The notes under the pieces: model-generated
Databases searched by the model: none
Told to the model about the DNA's origin: nothing
Seen by the model: the letters and a program-made list of their open reading frames with translations, nothing else
Virus record (IMG/VR): IMGVR_UViG_3300021400_001615
Coordinates: 1-64,000 of that record
Reading direction: 5' to 3' (one strand)
DNA: 64,000 nucleotides
Origin: a virus
Taxonomy: Duplodnaviria; Caudoviricetes
Shown: positions 24,449 through 34,111 of the stretch, piece after piece
How the letters are laid out: each line of letters begins with the position of its first letter
Position numbering within the stretch: position 1 is the stretch's first letter
Made by a program: the position numbers and the translations under genes

Positions 24449-25789
24449 TTAATCAAATGGCGTATTAGATATGTCTTTTTTTTGTTTCTTAGCTTCTGTT
24501 ATTCGTTGTCTGTCGCCATCGAAATTGAAATAAATAGCATCCTCTTCATCACCCTGTGGCCCGTTTCGGTTAATATTTACATATGCCATTACATTACCGG
24601 CATCTAAGCCACCATCATTCTGTATTTCTTCAGAAGTTTTAAATCTCCAGTAAACACCGGTACTAATTGCTTTTGCAATATTATCTGAATTAGCGATCAT
24701 ATCATTTCTGTTCAGCTGTGCCGCACTCAAGACTGCCAGATCCAGTTCACCGGCAATTTTGTTTTTTAAGAAATCTGCCATCTGTCCAAGAATTGCCGAG
24801 TTTGTATAGGCTTCGCTATTATAGCTTTTTATATAATCATAGATAACGAAACTAAGATTCATTTTGTATTTTAAGATTTTACAGATGGAATAGATTTCGT
24901 CCATATTGCTGTCAGGCAAATACATGTGAACCAGTGGAAGACCATGTATCCATTCAATACACTTGTTAATCAATTCGCCCTGTTCTTTATTATACGTTTT
25001 ATTCTGAATTGTCTTGAACGGAATGCCAGTTACGTTACAAACCAATCTCTTCGTAAATGTCTCGGTTGACAATTCAGTATCTACATATAATGTTGGTACA
25101 TTTGCCTTGAGCATATTAACGCATTCATTAAGGCAGAATACCGATTTTCCTGTTTTATATCTCGCCGTTAACAAAACCAATTCACCGGGTTCATAATAAA
25201 AGTAATCATTAAACGACTTAAACTTTGACGGTAATCTTCTGGTTAGATCTTGGTTCTCAATTTTGTCCCAGATACTATCAATCTGTTCACCAAGAGTTTT
25301 GATCTCATCCCCAGTAATATACCTTTCAGTAAGCTCCGTCATCTTATTATTAACAACCTGGTTGAGCTTTGATAAGCCCATGTCGGAATTAAAACAATCA
25401 GCCTGGATTTCTGCCGCAACCTTTGCCAATTCCCTTTTAAAACTGGTTTCAACTACAATATTGACAAGAAGCTTATACTCTTCAAGCGTATGTCTAGCAG
25501 CATACTGAGCCATGCCTATAAACTGTTGCATATCTTGAAGGTTGTACTGTATTATCCTCTGTTTTACAGCATTATTACTGTTAAACATACTTGTAATATT
25601 AAAAGCGTCTATAGTATCAATACCGTGTTTGTACAACTCTTGAATAGCCCAATAAATACATCCGTTTTCAACGTTGTAAAAGTAACCCGCTTTCAAATAA
25701 TCGCTATGTAAAATAAAATCGGGATGATATACCAACGTGGCAATAACACCAGCTTCAGCCTGAGTATCTGCAATTGCACTAATATCCAT
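24449..25789 (-). CDS. dnaB: replicative DNA helicase
   Basis: Walker A ARYKTGKS, IYDYIK, AAQLNR and INRNGP motifs. Confidence 0.9.
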   Translation of the reverse strand: MDISAIADTQAEAGVIATLVYHPDFILHSDYLKAGYFYNVENGCIYWAIQELYKHGIDTIDAFNITSMFNSNNAVKQRIIQYNLQDMQQFIGMAQYAARHTLEEYKLLVNIVVETSFKRELAKVAAEIQADCFNSDMGLSKLNQVVNNKMTELTERYITGDEIKTLGEQIDSIWDKIENQDLTRRLPSKFKSFNDYFYYEPGELVLLTARYKTGKSVFCLNECVNMLKANVPTLYVDTELSTETFTKRLVCNVTGIPFKTIQNKTYNKEQGELINKCIEWIHGLPLVHMYLPDSNMDEIYSICKILKYKMNLSFVIYDYIKSYNSEAYTNSAILGQMADFLKNKIAGELDLAVLSAAQLNRNDMIANSDNIAKAISTGVYWRFKTSEEIQNDGGLDAGNVMAYVNINRNGPQGDEEDAIYFNFDGDRQRITEAKKQKKDISNTPFD

Positions 25790-25804
25790 ACATCATCCCT
25801 CCAT

Positions 25805-26329
25805 TTATCTTAATATATCTTCGAAACTTCTTGGTTTTTGTGGTTTAAATGTAAACGAACTTTCTGGCGAATCTAATATGAATTCGTCAGTTATTAATAT
25901 GTTTTTCCTTTGCTCCTTTATTTCTTCACGGATCTTTTGCTTTCTCAGCCTCTCCCACGCTGCGGAAGCATCACGATCCTGAATAATATAATGAAGCCCG
26001 GCTGGATGTTTTAAAGCACCCGGTTTGTTATGAATGAAATACTTGATAGCAAATTCAAGGTAGTCAACATCAACCTTTTTTTCGAAAATAATGTTGTGAA
26101 TCGTCGAAACAAGCATTCCAATTTGACTTTTTGTGAGCGTTGGATCAATTTTTTCTAAGAATAAATCCCTAATTTTATTGACCGTCTGCATAGTATGGTA
26201 ACAATCCGGGTGGTAGTAAGAATTACCCTTGCTACCACCCTTAACAGCGTCTATTTTGGCCAATTCATTAGTCGGATGCAATTTTAAGCACTTCGGATAT
26301 CTGCAATGTACTATGGCCTTATCTGACAT
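25805..26329 (-). CDS. hypothetical replication-module protein (possible helicase loader or initiator)
   Basis: Cys/His N-terminus; lies between ssb and dnaB. Confidence 0.55.
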   Translation of the reverse strand: MSDKAIVHCRYPKCLKLHPTNELAKIDAVKGGSKGNSYYHPDCYHTMQTVNKIRDLFLEKIDPTLTKSQIGMLVSTIHNIIFEKKVDVDYLEFAIKYFIHNKPGALKHPAGLHYIIQDRDASAAWERLRKQKIREEIKEQRKNILITDEFILDSPESSFTFKPQKPRSFEDILR

Positions 26330-26331
26330 AA

Positions 26332-26751
26332 TTAATTACCCCAGGCGAAAGGAAGCGGTTCGTCATCTGCACCATCGGGAATATTCATAAAGTTTGTATC
26401 GCTATCGCCGCCACTTGCTGCCTTTTTGCTTTCCGCAAATTCCTGGTCATCCACAACAACATCCGTGGTATATACCTTCTGGCCATCTTTATTCGTATAG
26501 CTTCCAGTCTGAATACGTCCAGTCACAACAATTTTTGTTCCCTTGTGAAGATAATTCTGAGCAAATTCTCCACTCTTACCGAATGCTACACAATTGATAA
26601 AATCAGCTGTCTGTCCACCATCATCATTTTTTCTTGAAAATCTACGATCAACAGCAAGTGTATATCTCGCAATTGCCATGGCATTGTCGCCAGTTGTAAA
26701 ATGCATATCAGGTTCTCTCGTCAGTCTTCCCATCAAAATAACTTTATTCAT
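26332..26751 (-). CDS. ssb: single-stranded DNA-binding protein
   Basis: MNKVILMGRLTREP, ADFINCVAFGK and acidic DDEPLPF tail. Confidence 0.95.
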   Translation of the reverse strand: MNKVILMGRLTREPDMHFTTGDNAMAIARYTLAVDRRFSRKNDDGGQTADFINCVAFGKSGEFAQNYLHKGTKIVVTGRIQTGSYTNKDGQKVYTTDVVVDDQEFAESKKAASGGDSDTNFMNIPDGADDEPLPFAWGN

Positions 26752-26767
26752 ATTGTTCTCCTTTTAA

Positions 26768-27718
26768 TTATTTATTTTTAGATACCTTGTTAAACTCTTC
26801 AAGCAATGCCTTCGCTTTGTCAATTTCTTTTATTGCATTTGGATTGCCGCTGGGTTCGTATTTATTAATAATCGCCATGACATTTTTATCTTTTGGTCCA
26901 CCAAGTGATGTCGCAACATTAATAATTTCCTTTTTAATAGCTTTAAGATCATCGGCAATATCTGCCGCAGAAACATTTTTCTGAATCACTGGCTTTGGAT
27001 CCGGCACAACTCCATTTTCACACCATCTATAAATAGCTTCACCGTCTTTTGCAGTAATAACTGAATATCTAGTCTCTGGCCATAATTTTGTGTTATCTTT
27101 ATCTGCGTGTGCCAGATGGGTATCCTGCTCTATCTGAAGAGAAAGCATTACCTCATAACTGATATCCTTGTCCGTCTGGCTTCCCATACCGACTTTTTTT
27201 GGAACAGATTTTCCATTTCTATCTTCCAAAAGCCATTCATCTTTACCTCTAGCGCAACAGATAATGTGCATAGGAGCGGTAAGGATTTTATCAATCATAG
27301 CTCTGTGTTTAGGCTTGAGTTTTCCCCAGTTCGTAAACGAATTGCCTGGCATTTTATCATGTGTGTCATTAAGCCATTTCCATTCGGCACTCAAACCATC
27401 AATAATACAAACCTTGTATCCATTTTCGACCGCTTCATCAATAGCTGCAATATATTTGTCGGTAGTAAACGGATCATCCAACTGACACAAATCATATTCA
27501 AAGCTATAATCGCCGTGTTCCGACTTCATTTGAGCATATAAAAGATCTCTGTCTCCCTCAGTACCAATATATGCTATTCCAGAACCACCACAACCTCTTA
27601 AAATTCCAGTGGCAAGTTCACATGCGCTCTGACTCTTCCCGGCACCGCTGGGTCCAGACAGTAATATTTTTGCATGGACTTTTTGCCTTGTTGCTTTTTT
27701 AAACGCCATATACATCAT
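26768..27718 (-). CDS. AAA_24 / Sak4-like single-strand annealing ATPase
   Basis: GPSGAGKS Walker A and IIDGLSAEW Walker B; adjacent to ssb. Confidence 0.8.
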   Translation of the reverse strand: MMYMAFKKATRQKVHAKILLSGPSGAGKSQSACELATGILRGCGGSGIAYIGTEGDRDLLYAQMKSEHGDYSFEYDLCQLDDPFTTDKYIAAIDEAVENGYKVCIIDGLSAEWKWLNDTHDKMPGNSFTNWGKLKPKHRAMIDKILTAPMHIICCARGKDEWLLEDRNGKSVPKKVGMGSQTDKDISYEVMLSLQIEQDTHLAHADKDNTKLWPETRYSVITAKDGEAIYRWCENGVVPDPKPVIQKNVSAADIADDLKAIKKEIINVATSLGGPKDKNVMAIINKYEPSGNPNAIKEIDKAKALLEEFNKVSKNK

Positions 27719-27751
27719 CCTTTCTGTCTTTGTTTAATTATTTACTTTTAC

Positions 27752-27779
27752 ATTATATCACATCTTCATTTGATGTCAA
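27752..27779 (-). promoter_or_regulatory. sigmaA-type promoter of the replication operon
   Basis: TTGACA-16-TATAAT with TG extension; TAAATAATTAA downstream. Confidence 0.75.
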
Positions 27780-28013
27780 TATCATAAACGTATTTATTTT
27801 AAATCGTCTTCCATTCGGTTGCATGCATCTACATCTTCTTTTCTAACAATGACCAGTCCGACCTTTTCAAGATCAGCAACAATTTTTTCGCAATCTTTAG
27901 AAAACCATTTTGTAATCTCATATAAACCGTGTTTGTCCAGCACCCTCAATTAACATCACCCCTTATACTATCAATCAGAAATTCCACATCAACCATCGCA
28001 ATGTTATTATCCA

Positions 28014-28445
28014 TTAGAACATCTCCCACCATAAATCATATACCCTTCTGTATCCGCCATGGTTAGAAACATAGCCTTTAAATCTGCGAAGTTTTTTGTT
28101 AGACATCTTTTTTAAATATTTACTTCTACTTCCACGGTACAGACGCTTAACTCTACACATTTCTTCGATATTGTCTGTCCAATCACCATTTTCATTTACT
28201 GGGAATGCCGGTGGAAACCAGTGGCCAATATTTTTTCTGGCAAGATTTATTAATTTCCTTTTATACTTTTTATTCCTGTCATACCTGTTTAACTTCCGGG
28301 GATTGCTATAAGTTTTGCCCACATCTATCGCCTCCTCGGTTTCACACGAACCGTATAAATCTACGTTTCCGTCTATCTTTCTACAATATCTAGAATTATT
28401 AAGATAAGAACATCCGTCACATACGCTGCTTATTATGTTTTTCAT
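28014..28445 (-). CDS. hypothetical basic protein
   Basis: 143-aa ORF. Confidence 0.6.
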   Translation of the reverse strand: MKNIISSVCDGCSYLNNSRYCRKIDGNVDLYGSCETEEAIDVGKTYSNPRKLNRYDRNKKYKRKLINLARKNIGHWFPPAFPVNENGDWTDNIEEMCRVKRLYRGSRSKYLKKMSNKKLRRFKGYVSNHGGYRRVYDLWWEMF

Positions 28446-28948
28446 ACCATTCTGTCATATATTTAATTTGTTCTTCGTAATCCAACTCATCTTCATGTTG
28501 TATTGCGCAAAGCGACCATACAAAAACCAATACAGTTAAAAGCGCAATTATTGCTAAAAACACAAGTAATCTCATAAATCCCCCTTCTATTTTTTAAAAA
28601 ACAATAGTGTAGAATTTAAATCTGTTTCAGTTAATCCTCACACCTAGACACTGTTAGTTGGTCTGCGGAGCCGCACCATTTGATCCTTTGATCGTTTCGT
28701 CCACACCTTACTAAAACATCATTAAACCCTACACTCTTGTTTCCGTATTAGATCGTCACCATATTAAGACTAGCCACTATCTCCCGTTGTCGCCCAGGAT
28801 TGGTAACTGATCTAACCGATTCCAGTTAGCATGGCTACTATATTAGTAATTAGTATTCAGGCGACACTGTCTCCGGAAGGATGGTAGATATATCGTTTCA
28901 CTATCCATCTGTGCATAGGAAGGTGATAGCACGTTCTCTTCCGTTGAT

Positions 28949-29020
28949 GGCTTCCGATAGGACTTGAACCTACAACAAATTGATTACAGATCAATTGCAC
29001 TACCATTGTGCTACGGAAGC
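28949..29020 (-). tRNA. tRNA-Thr(TGT), atypical C33
   Basis: Cloverleaf GCTTCCG/CGGAAGC; anticodon arm ATTGA-TCTGTAA-TCAAT; T loop TTCAAGT. Confidence 0.8.
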
Positions 29021-29116
29021 GGATGGCGGTTTATACGAACTCCGCCAAACGTATGTCACAATTACAAATAAGACTTATTATGAAGGAGAATTAGATGAAA
29101 ACTTAATTCATCTAAA

Positions 29117-29190
29117 CAGGGCTAACCGGGCATGATCCGATATCGAGAGAGTCAAAGTCTCTTGTGCTAGCCAATTACACCATAGCCCTA
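29117..29190 (-). tRNA. tRNA-Gln(TTG), aberrant T loop
   Basis: Anticodon arm AGAGA-CTTTGAC-TCTCT; T arm ATCGG-ATCATGC-CCGGT. Confidence 0.75.
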
Positions 29191-29199
29191 TAAATATTC

Positions 29200-29272
29200 A
29201 CGGGAGCAGAAGGATTCGAACCTTCGTTTTCTGGTTGATGGTTACCAGACTGTTGCCATTTGACATACTCTA
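29200..29272 (-). tRNA. degenerate tRNA-like element, identity uncertain
   Basis: T arm GAAGG-TTCGAAT-CCTTC intact; anticodon arm TCTGGT-AACCATCA-ACCAGA non-canonical. Confidence 0.5.
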
Positions 29273-29321
29273 ACAAGCGCATCACTCTTGTACCCTTTGT
29301 CTACGCTTACACTCCCAAAAA

Positions 29322-29444
29322 TCGGAACGACACGATTCGAACGTGCAACCACCCCGGCTTTCCCATTAAGCTATGGAATCTATTTAATTCCAGTCGGATT
29401 CGAACCGACAACTAGGGCTGTTTTCCCATTTAAACTACGTTCCG
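29322..29444 (-). ncRNA. fused double tRNA-like RNA (two D/T elbows, no anticodon loop)
   Basis: Two D arms and two TTCGAAT T arms; outer acceptor CGGAACG/CGTTCCG; inner TGGAATT/GATTCCA; shared GCCCT/GGGGT stem. Confidence 0.75.
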
Positions 29445-29607
29445 ATGACTGGCGGCAGTCTTGGCCTTCAACCGCACTTTAATGCTCATTAACAAACCAG
29501 TCTTTTTTTACAAGCTACCGCAGAAGCCGCCTCGCATTTGCTCCTGACTTTAATTAAAGATACAGCCCAAAGGTCTTATGTACCCGTAGCGGCTATTTCA
29601 CTTGTAA

Positions 29608-29752
29608 TTATGTGGGTAAGGATTTGCACCTTACAATTATTTTCTTGGACTGCGTTGCCCCTCTGCTACTATTTCATCTCTCGCCTATTTCACTTGCAGA
29701 TGCCAAGACTATTTAAAGGACGTATTGCGTCTACCTATTCCGCCACCACATA
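29608..29752 (-). ncRNA. tRNA-like RNA (Leu-type D arm) with a ~90-nt structured insert replacing the anticodon arm
   Basis: Acceptor TATGTGG/CCACATA, TGGCGGAATAGGTAGACGC and T arm GTAAGG-TGCAAAT-CCTTAC. Confidence 0.6.
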
Positions 29753-29805
29753 ACGTAGTCTTTCCAACTGTCAGACAACTTCCCCATTCTTGCTAAAGAA
29801 TGGAA

Positions 29806-29875
29806 TATCCGCAGGACGATTCGAACATCCCCCTCCCGTGCCAACGGGCGTTGCGTACCTCTACACCATACGGAT
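29806..29875 (-). tRNA. degenerate tRNA-like element with a shortened anticodon loop
   Basis: Acceptor ATCCGTA/TGCGGAT, T loop TTCGAAT and CCCGT-TGGC-ACGGG arm. Confidence 0.5.
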
Positions 29876-29940
29876 AACCGTTACACATGTGTCTTCACCA
29901 TTTCGTATAAGCCTGCGCAGAACTATACTACTTTGGCTAA

Positions 29941-30015
29941 TCGGGAATACTGGACTTGAACCAGTGACCGCCTCGTTATGAGCGAGATGCTCTAGACCAA
30001 CTGAGCTAATTCCCG
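29941..30015 (-). tRNA. tRNA-Met/Ile2 (CAT)
   Basis: Canonical cloverleaf, loop CTCATAA. Confidence 0.9.
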
Positions 30016-30169
30016 TTGGGCGAGTTAAAGTCCTCGCAACTGCGCATCCTACATGGTTGGCCTGACTTTCTCAATTTGATTTCTGTAAACCGTGTACTTA
30101 AGTTCACCTACTTTACAAATTATCTGGTACTCATCACTGGGCTTGTAGTATTTGCTAATCAGCCCCGCA

Positions 30170-30251
30170 TGCATCAGAAGGGAGTCGAACCCTTAATCCT
30201 TACGGCACATGGGCTTAAACCATGTGTGTATACCAATTCCACCACTGATGC
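30170..30251 (-). tRNA. tRNA-Leu(TAA)
   Basis: Cloverleaf with variable arm; CATGG-TTTAAGC-CCATG. Confidence 0.9.
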
Positions 30252-30553
30252 AAAATTTGCTGCCTATCACAGCTATGCAATCGCATAGGTTGAATTTCAC
30301 TTATATAATATATTATTTAATTTACCAAATTAAAATTGGGACATAAAACCGAACCTCTGCCCCGTGGTGTAAATACCAAGGTTTTTCTGGCGACTTGTAA
30401 TTTTATTTACTTGTTCATCATAGAAATGCCGTAAAACATTAAAACATTAGCAAATAACAAAATAAATAACCATCAATAACAAAATTCAGAAACAATGAAC
30501 AATAAAACCTGTAATACCTTATATATTTGACCAAGTCAACCAGCGGAAAGCAA

Positions 30554-31042
30554 TCAAATTTCAAAAGTTACCGAGTGATTAATACTATCTAAAGCCAACT
30601 GAAGTTCCGTTTTCTCATCAACGAGTTTTGCGTATTCATCAGTGGCATCGTCCGGATCATAAGCAGTATATCTGTAATCAATAGTGTTGCCTACAGAGCC
30701 AAATCTCTCTTTTTTACTCCTGTTTCTCATGTTATCAAGAGTCATGATCCTATGAGTTAAAATCGGCATTTTAATGAGTACCATATCAATGGTCATCCCA
30801 GGAACAACTTCCGTTGTCGTATTAAAAACATTAATAGCATGTTTAATACGAATGATTTCGTCATTGATCTTTTCTAATGCAGCCTTTGTATCCTCAAATG
30901 AGTAATCCGGCTTGTTATCATCGGGATTTTCCCCAACTGCTGCATTATAAACACAGTTTCTTCTCTCATCGGAAAGAATTTTCTCTTTATTATCATTGAG
31001 TTTTGCAAGCATCTTACTTGCTTCTGCGCTTGTTACTTTCAT
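30554..31042 (-). CDS. DIP1984-like helical protein
   Basis: IKHAINVFN and LQLALDSIN motifs; likely start MKVTSAEA after a GGAGGG RBS. Confidence 0.6.
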   Translation of the reverse strand: MKVTSAEASKMLAKLNDNKEKILSDERRNCVYNAAVGENPDDNKPDYSFEDTKAALEKINDEIIRIKHAINVFNTTTEVVPGMTIDMVLIKMPILTHRIMTLDNMRNRSKKERFGSVGNTIDYRYTAYDPDDATDEYAKLVDEKTELQLALDSINHSVTFEI

Positions 31043-31274
31043 GGTCTTTACCCTCCCCAACATAGTTGACAGATTCATTCTTGACCCAGCACCCATATTC
31101 AACGGGTGACTTGCCAATCGGATAATCTTCAAGCCACACCTCATCACCGTTGCGGTGAGTTACCGTTACTTCCTTTCCTTTGTAATAACCTTTCCTAGCA
31201 AAGAAAACTCTGGCCTCATTTTCAACTCCGTACATGTTGATCTCCTTTTCTTTAATTATTTATTACTATAAATG

Positions 31275-31303
31275 ATTATACGCTCCCAGACCAATCTTGT
31301 CAA
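31275..31303 (-). promoter_or_regulatory. consensus sigmaA promoter upstream of the tRNA-containing transcript
   Basis: TTGACA-17-TATAAT. Confidence 0.85.
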
Positions 31304-31311
31304 CACTATCT

Positions 31312-32286
31312 TTAATTATTTTTTTCATCCATTGATAACAGATCGTTTACATTAACAATACTTGAACCACCCGAAATAGTGGGTAATCTCCCATCCCATT
31401 TATCAATTTTCTCTTTCTCTATTAATTCCGGTGTCAATGATTCTGCGATCTTTTTATTGGCTTCGGCCTCAGCTTCAGCTTGAATACGAAGAGCCTCTGC
31501 ATCTGCTTCCGCTCTGATTTTCTTTGCTTCTGCATCCGCTTCTGCCTGGATCTTTTTCTGTTTTGCCTCAGCTTCGACTTGCTTAGTTACCTGTTGATTG
31601 GCATATTCGGAGGTCTCGGCAGCAAGTTTAGTCTGTGCTTTCTTCTCGATTGCTTCATTATACGCATCTGAGAAATTAATATTACCAATGGTTACAGATA
31701 CAATATTAACAATCTGATTTCCGTATTTAGTATTCAAAGAATTCTGGATCGCATCCTTAACGGCTCCCTCAATTTTCGCTCTGTCAGTCACATCAATGTC
31801 ATTAAATAGCTTAGTTGCCGCCTTAACCCCAGATTCTACAGATGTTTGCTTTACCAGATTGGCATCCCATTCCTCTACATTCTGCCAGATCCATGCAGCA
31901 TACTCAGCATTAATCTGATAGTCAACAACCACATTCTCGCAATAGACTTCGGTTCGCTCAGATGTCTCAGACCATATCTGTAAGTTGCCAAAATCCTTTT
32001 CAAGCTGTTTGCAGTTGACATTATATATTTTTTCCATAATAGGTAGATGCCAGTTAAGACCATTCTTAGTACTCTTATCAGCAATCTGACCACAGTATGT
32101 TCTGATCCCGACATAGCCGGTCGGCACGAACGAAAATGAGCAGGAAAACAACGCCACTACAACGCCAACCAACGTTAGAATTAACCACCACAATTTTTCC
32201 GTTTGAAAAATCATAGCAGCACTAATGGCAATGATTGCCAAACCACCAATAAGAAACAAAACATTAACTAATCCCATAAATATCAT
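31312..32286 (-). CDS. SPFH / prohibitin (band 7) family membrane protein
   Basis: Two N-terminal TM helices, VPTGYVGI, AEAEA coiled coil and KWDGRLP. Confidence 0.9.
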   Translation of the reverse strand: MIFMGLVNVLFLIGGLAIIAISAAMIFQTEKLWWLILTLVGVVVALFSCSFSFVPTGYVGIRTYCGQIADKSTKNGLNWHLPIMEKIYNVNCKQLEKDFGNLQIWSETSERTEVYCENVVVDYQINAEYAAWIWQNVEEWDANLVKQTSVESGVKAATKLFNDIDVTDRAKIEGAVKDAIQNSLNTKYGNQIVNIVSVTIGNINFSDAYNEAIEKKAQTKLAAETSEYANQQVTKQVEAEAKQKKIQAEADAEAKKIRAEADAEALRIQAEAEAEANKKIAESLTPELIEKEKIDKWDGRLPTISGGSSIVNVNDLLSMDEKNN

Positions 32287-32304
32287 TCCTTTCTCTACTA
32301 TTAA

Positions 32305-33243
32305 TTAAGCAACTGCTTCTCGTTTAATAACAGCAAACATATCACGCACATCATCCATTATTGGATGCATCTGATCTTCAGTACAAAGTGATGACATGCC
32401 AAATTTTCCGTTTGTCAAATCTACAAACATGCTGCAAGTTCCCTCATCACCCATAAAAAACTGATCCCACTCTTCTGGTGAAAGAATTCGCTTTACATCT
32501 AGCTGATCAATAGCCAGGTTATCAAATGACACTGCCTTAAAGTGATTGGGCAAGGTATCCAGCACATCATACAAGTATCTCTGACGAGCCTTTACAGTAA
32601 GGTTTTCGCTGTTTTTGTAATCAATACCACGACCTTTGTCCTTGTATCCAAGAATAAGGATCTTTAAGTCATTATCCCTCAATGCTTCAATATCAGACGG
32701 TCGCAGAATTCCGTTGATAGTATGGATAACAGCATTCGGATATTTCTTTACCTTGCTAATAAACTCTGATGTCGGATTTCTCAACGAGATGCCTAATCCT
32801 TTAATTAATTCCCTATTAACCAGATCGGTAATCACATCTTCCTTGCGTTCAAAATGGATCTGGTTTACGGTCATGTTGGCAAAGATTTTGCGCCTCTTCA
32901 ATTTCTCAAGGAAAGGAATCAGCTGCGGGTGGAGCAGTGAATTTCCATTGATAGCAATTTCCGTGTACGGATGCAGTGAATCTATGAATTTGACATTTGA
33001 CAAATCTGCTTCTGGACCATCTGGTGTTGCGTTATCATAACAATATTTGCAGCCACCATCACACCGTTTACCAATGGAAATATCAATGTTCTCCGGAAAT
33101 TCCAGATCGAACTCATCATCCATTGTCATTCGTTCTTTTGTGCCATCATTAGAATCAATAATAACTACAGAATTTCCGTTCTTATATACATATTTAGGCA
33201 TCTCGTTATCCTTTCTTTTTAGCCATCGTATCCATACTGACAC
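32305..33243 (-). CDS. radical SAM protein
   Basis: CDGGCKYC (CX3CX2C); likely start MPKYVY. Confidence 0.9.
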   Translation of the reverse strand: MSVWIRWLKRKDNEMPKYVYKNGNSVVIIDSNDGTKERMTMDDEFDLEFPENIDISIGKRCDGGCKYCYDNATPDGPEADLSNVKFIDSLHPYTEIAINGNSLLHPQLIPFLEKLKRRKIFANMTVNQIHFERKEDVITDLVNRELIKGLGISLRNPTSEFISKVKKYPNAVIHTINGILRPSDIEALRDNDLKILILGYKDKGRGIDYKNSENLTVKARQRYLYDVLDTLPNHFKAVSFDNLAIDQLDVKRILSPEEWDQFFMGDEGTCSMFVDLTNGKFGMSSLCTEDQMHPIMDDVRDMFAVIKREAVA

Positions 33244-33626
33244 ATCACCACAATATTTTCACCACTGGGAGTGGTATAATAATTATCATCCATCTCAAGA
33301 TCGCTGTCCTTAAACCAATCATATTTAATGAAATCATACATTTCTTTTATAAATGCTTCTTCGGGATCGTCTTCGTCATTATAATTTTCATCAGGTTCAT
33401 ATCCCTTGAGTTTATAGAAGTGAAGAACTTCTTCTTTTGTATATAGCTGACCCTGTTTAGGTTTTTCGCTTTCGGGGAAATCTTTGAATGCATCATACCA
33501 TCCGGTTTTATAATAGTACAGATTTTCATTTTCCCATTTCTCGGCCTGTTCCTCAGTCATAATCACAATATTGTGAGTGGTGCTTGAGTTAGTTTCCCAC
33601 ACATTACGTCTAATTACTCTTCTCAT
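33219..33626 (-). CDS. 'WETNSS' motif protein 1
   Basis: N-terminus RRVIRRNVWETNSSTTHNIVI. Confidence 0.8.
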   Translation of the reverse strand: MRRVIRRNVWETNSSTTHNIVIMTEEQAEKWENENLYYYKTGWYDAFKDFPESEKPKQGQLYTKEEVLHFYKLKGYEPDENYNDEDDPEEAFIKEMYDFIKYDWFKDSDLEMDDNYYTTPSGENIVVMCQYGYDG

Positions 33627-33637
33627 ACTTATCTCCT

Positions 33638-34087
33638 TTAATCATGGCTCATGTTTATGCCAGCGTATTTGTTAAAAATAAAATTGATAATACTATCATC
33701 GTCATAACAAGAACAGAATTTCGGCTCATACTCTGGAATAACCTGATGGTTAAGACTTGGCTCTACTTTCTTCATGATCCGAATTCCCTTTGCTCCAGTA
33801 TATGCGCAGAGACATTCTTCCAAACATTGATACTGATAAAAATCGCTTAGATCCACATCCCAATGATTTAAATAATATAACTCGGTTAACAGATATGATA
33901 GCTTTACTCTTTGATCGAAGGTTTCTATTCCAACATTATAGTCGCCAAAATCTCCGAAATCAGTAACAATGTAACCATCTTTATCAATTGGCAGATAGCT
34001 CTTTTCCAAACCTTCCTTAGCAATTACTAGCGAATGGACAGCGGAACTATTCGTTTCCCAAATATTACTTCTAATTACTCTTTTCAT
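33638..34087 (-). CDS. 'WETNSS' motif protein 2
   Basis: N-terminus KRVIRSNIWETNSSAVHSLVI. Confidence 0.8.
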   Translation of the reverse strand: MKRVIRSNIWETNSSAVHSLVIAKEGLEKSYLPIDKDGYIVTDFGDFGDYNVGIETFDQRVKLSYLLTELYYLNHWDVDLSDFYQYQCLEECLCAYTGAKGIRIMKKVEPSLNHQVIPEYEPKFCSCYDDDSIINFIFNKYAGINMSHD

Positions 34088-34111
34088 TCTTATTTACCTT
34101 CCTTTCGCATT

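Noticed and set aside
29117-29190. Amber suppressor tRNA explaining the in-frame TAGs
   Set aside because: The anticodon reads TTG (Gln), not CTA; no suppressor tRNA was seen in this window.
29288-30288. Plus-strand ORFs in the tRNA cluster
   Set aside because: They overlap tRNA genes on the opposite strand and are likely spurious.
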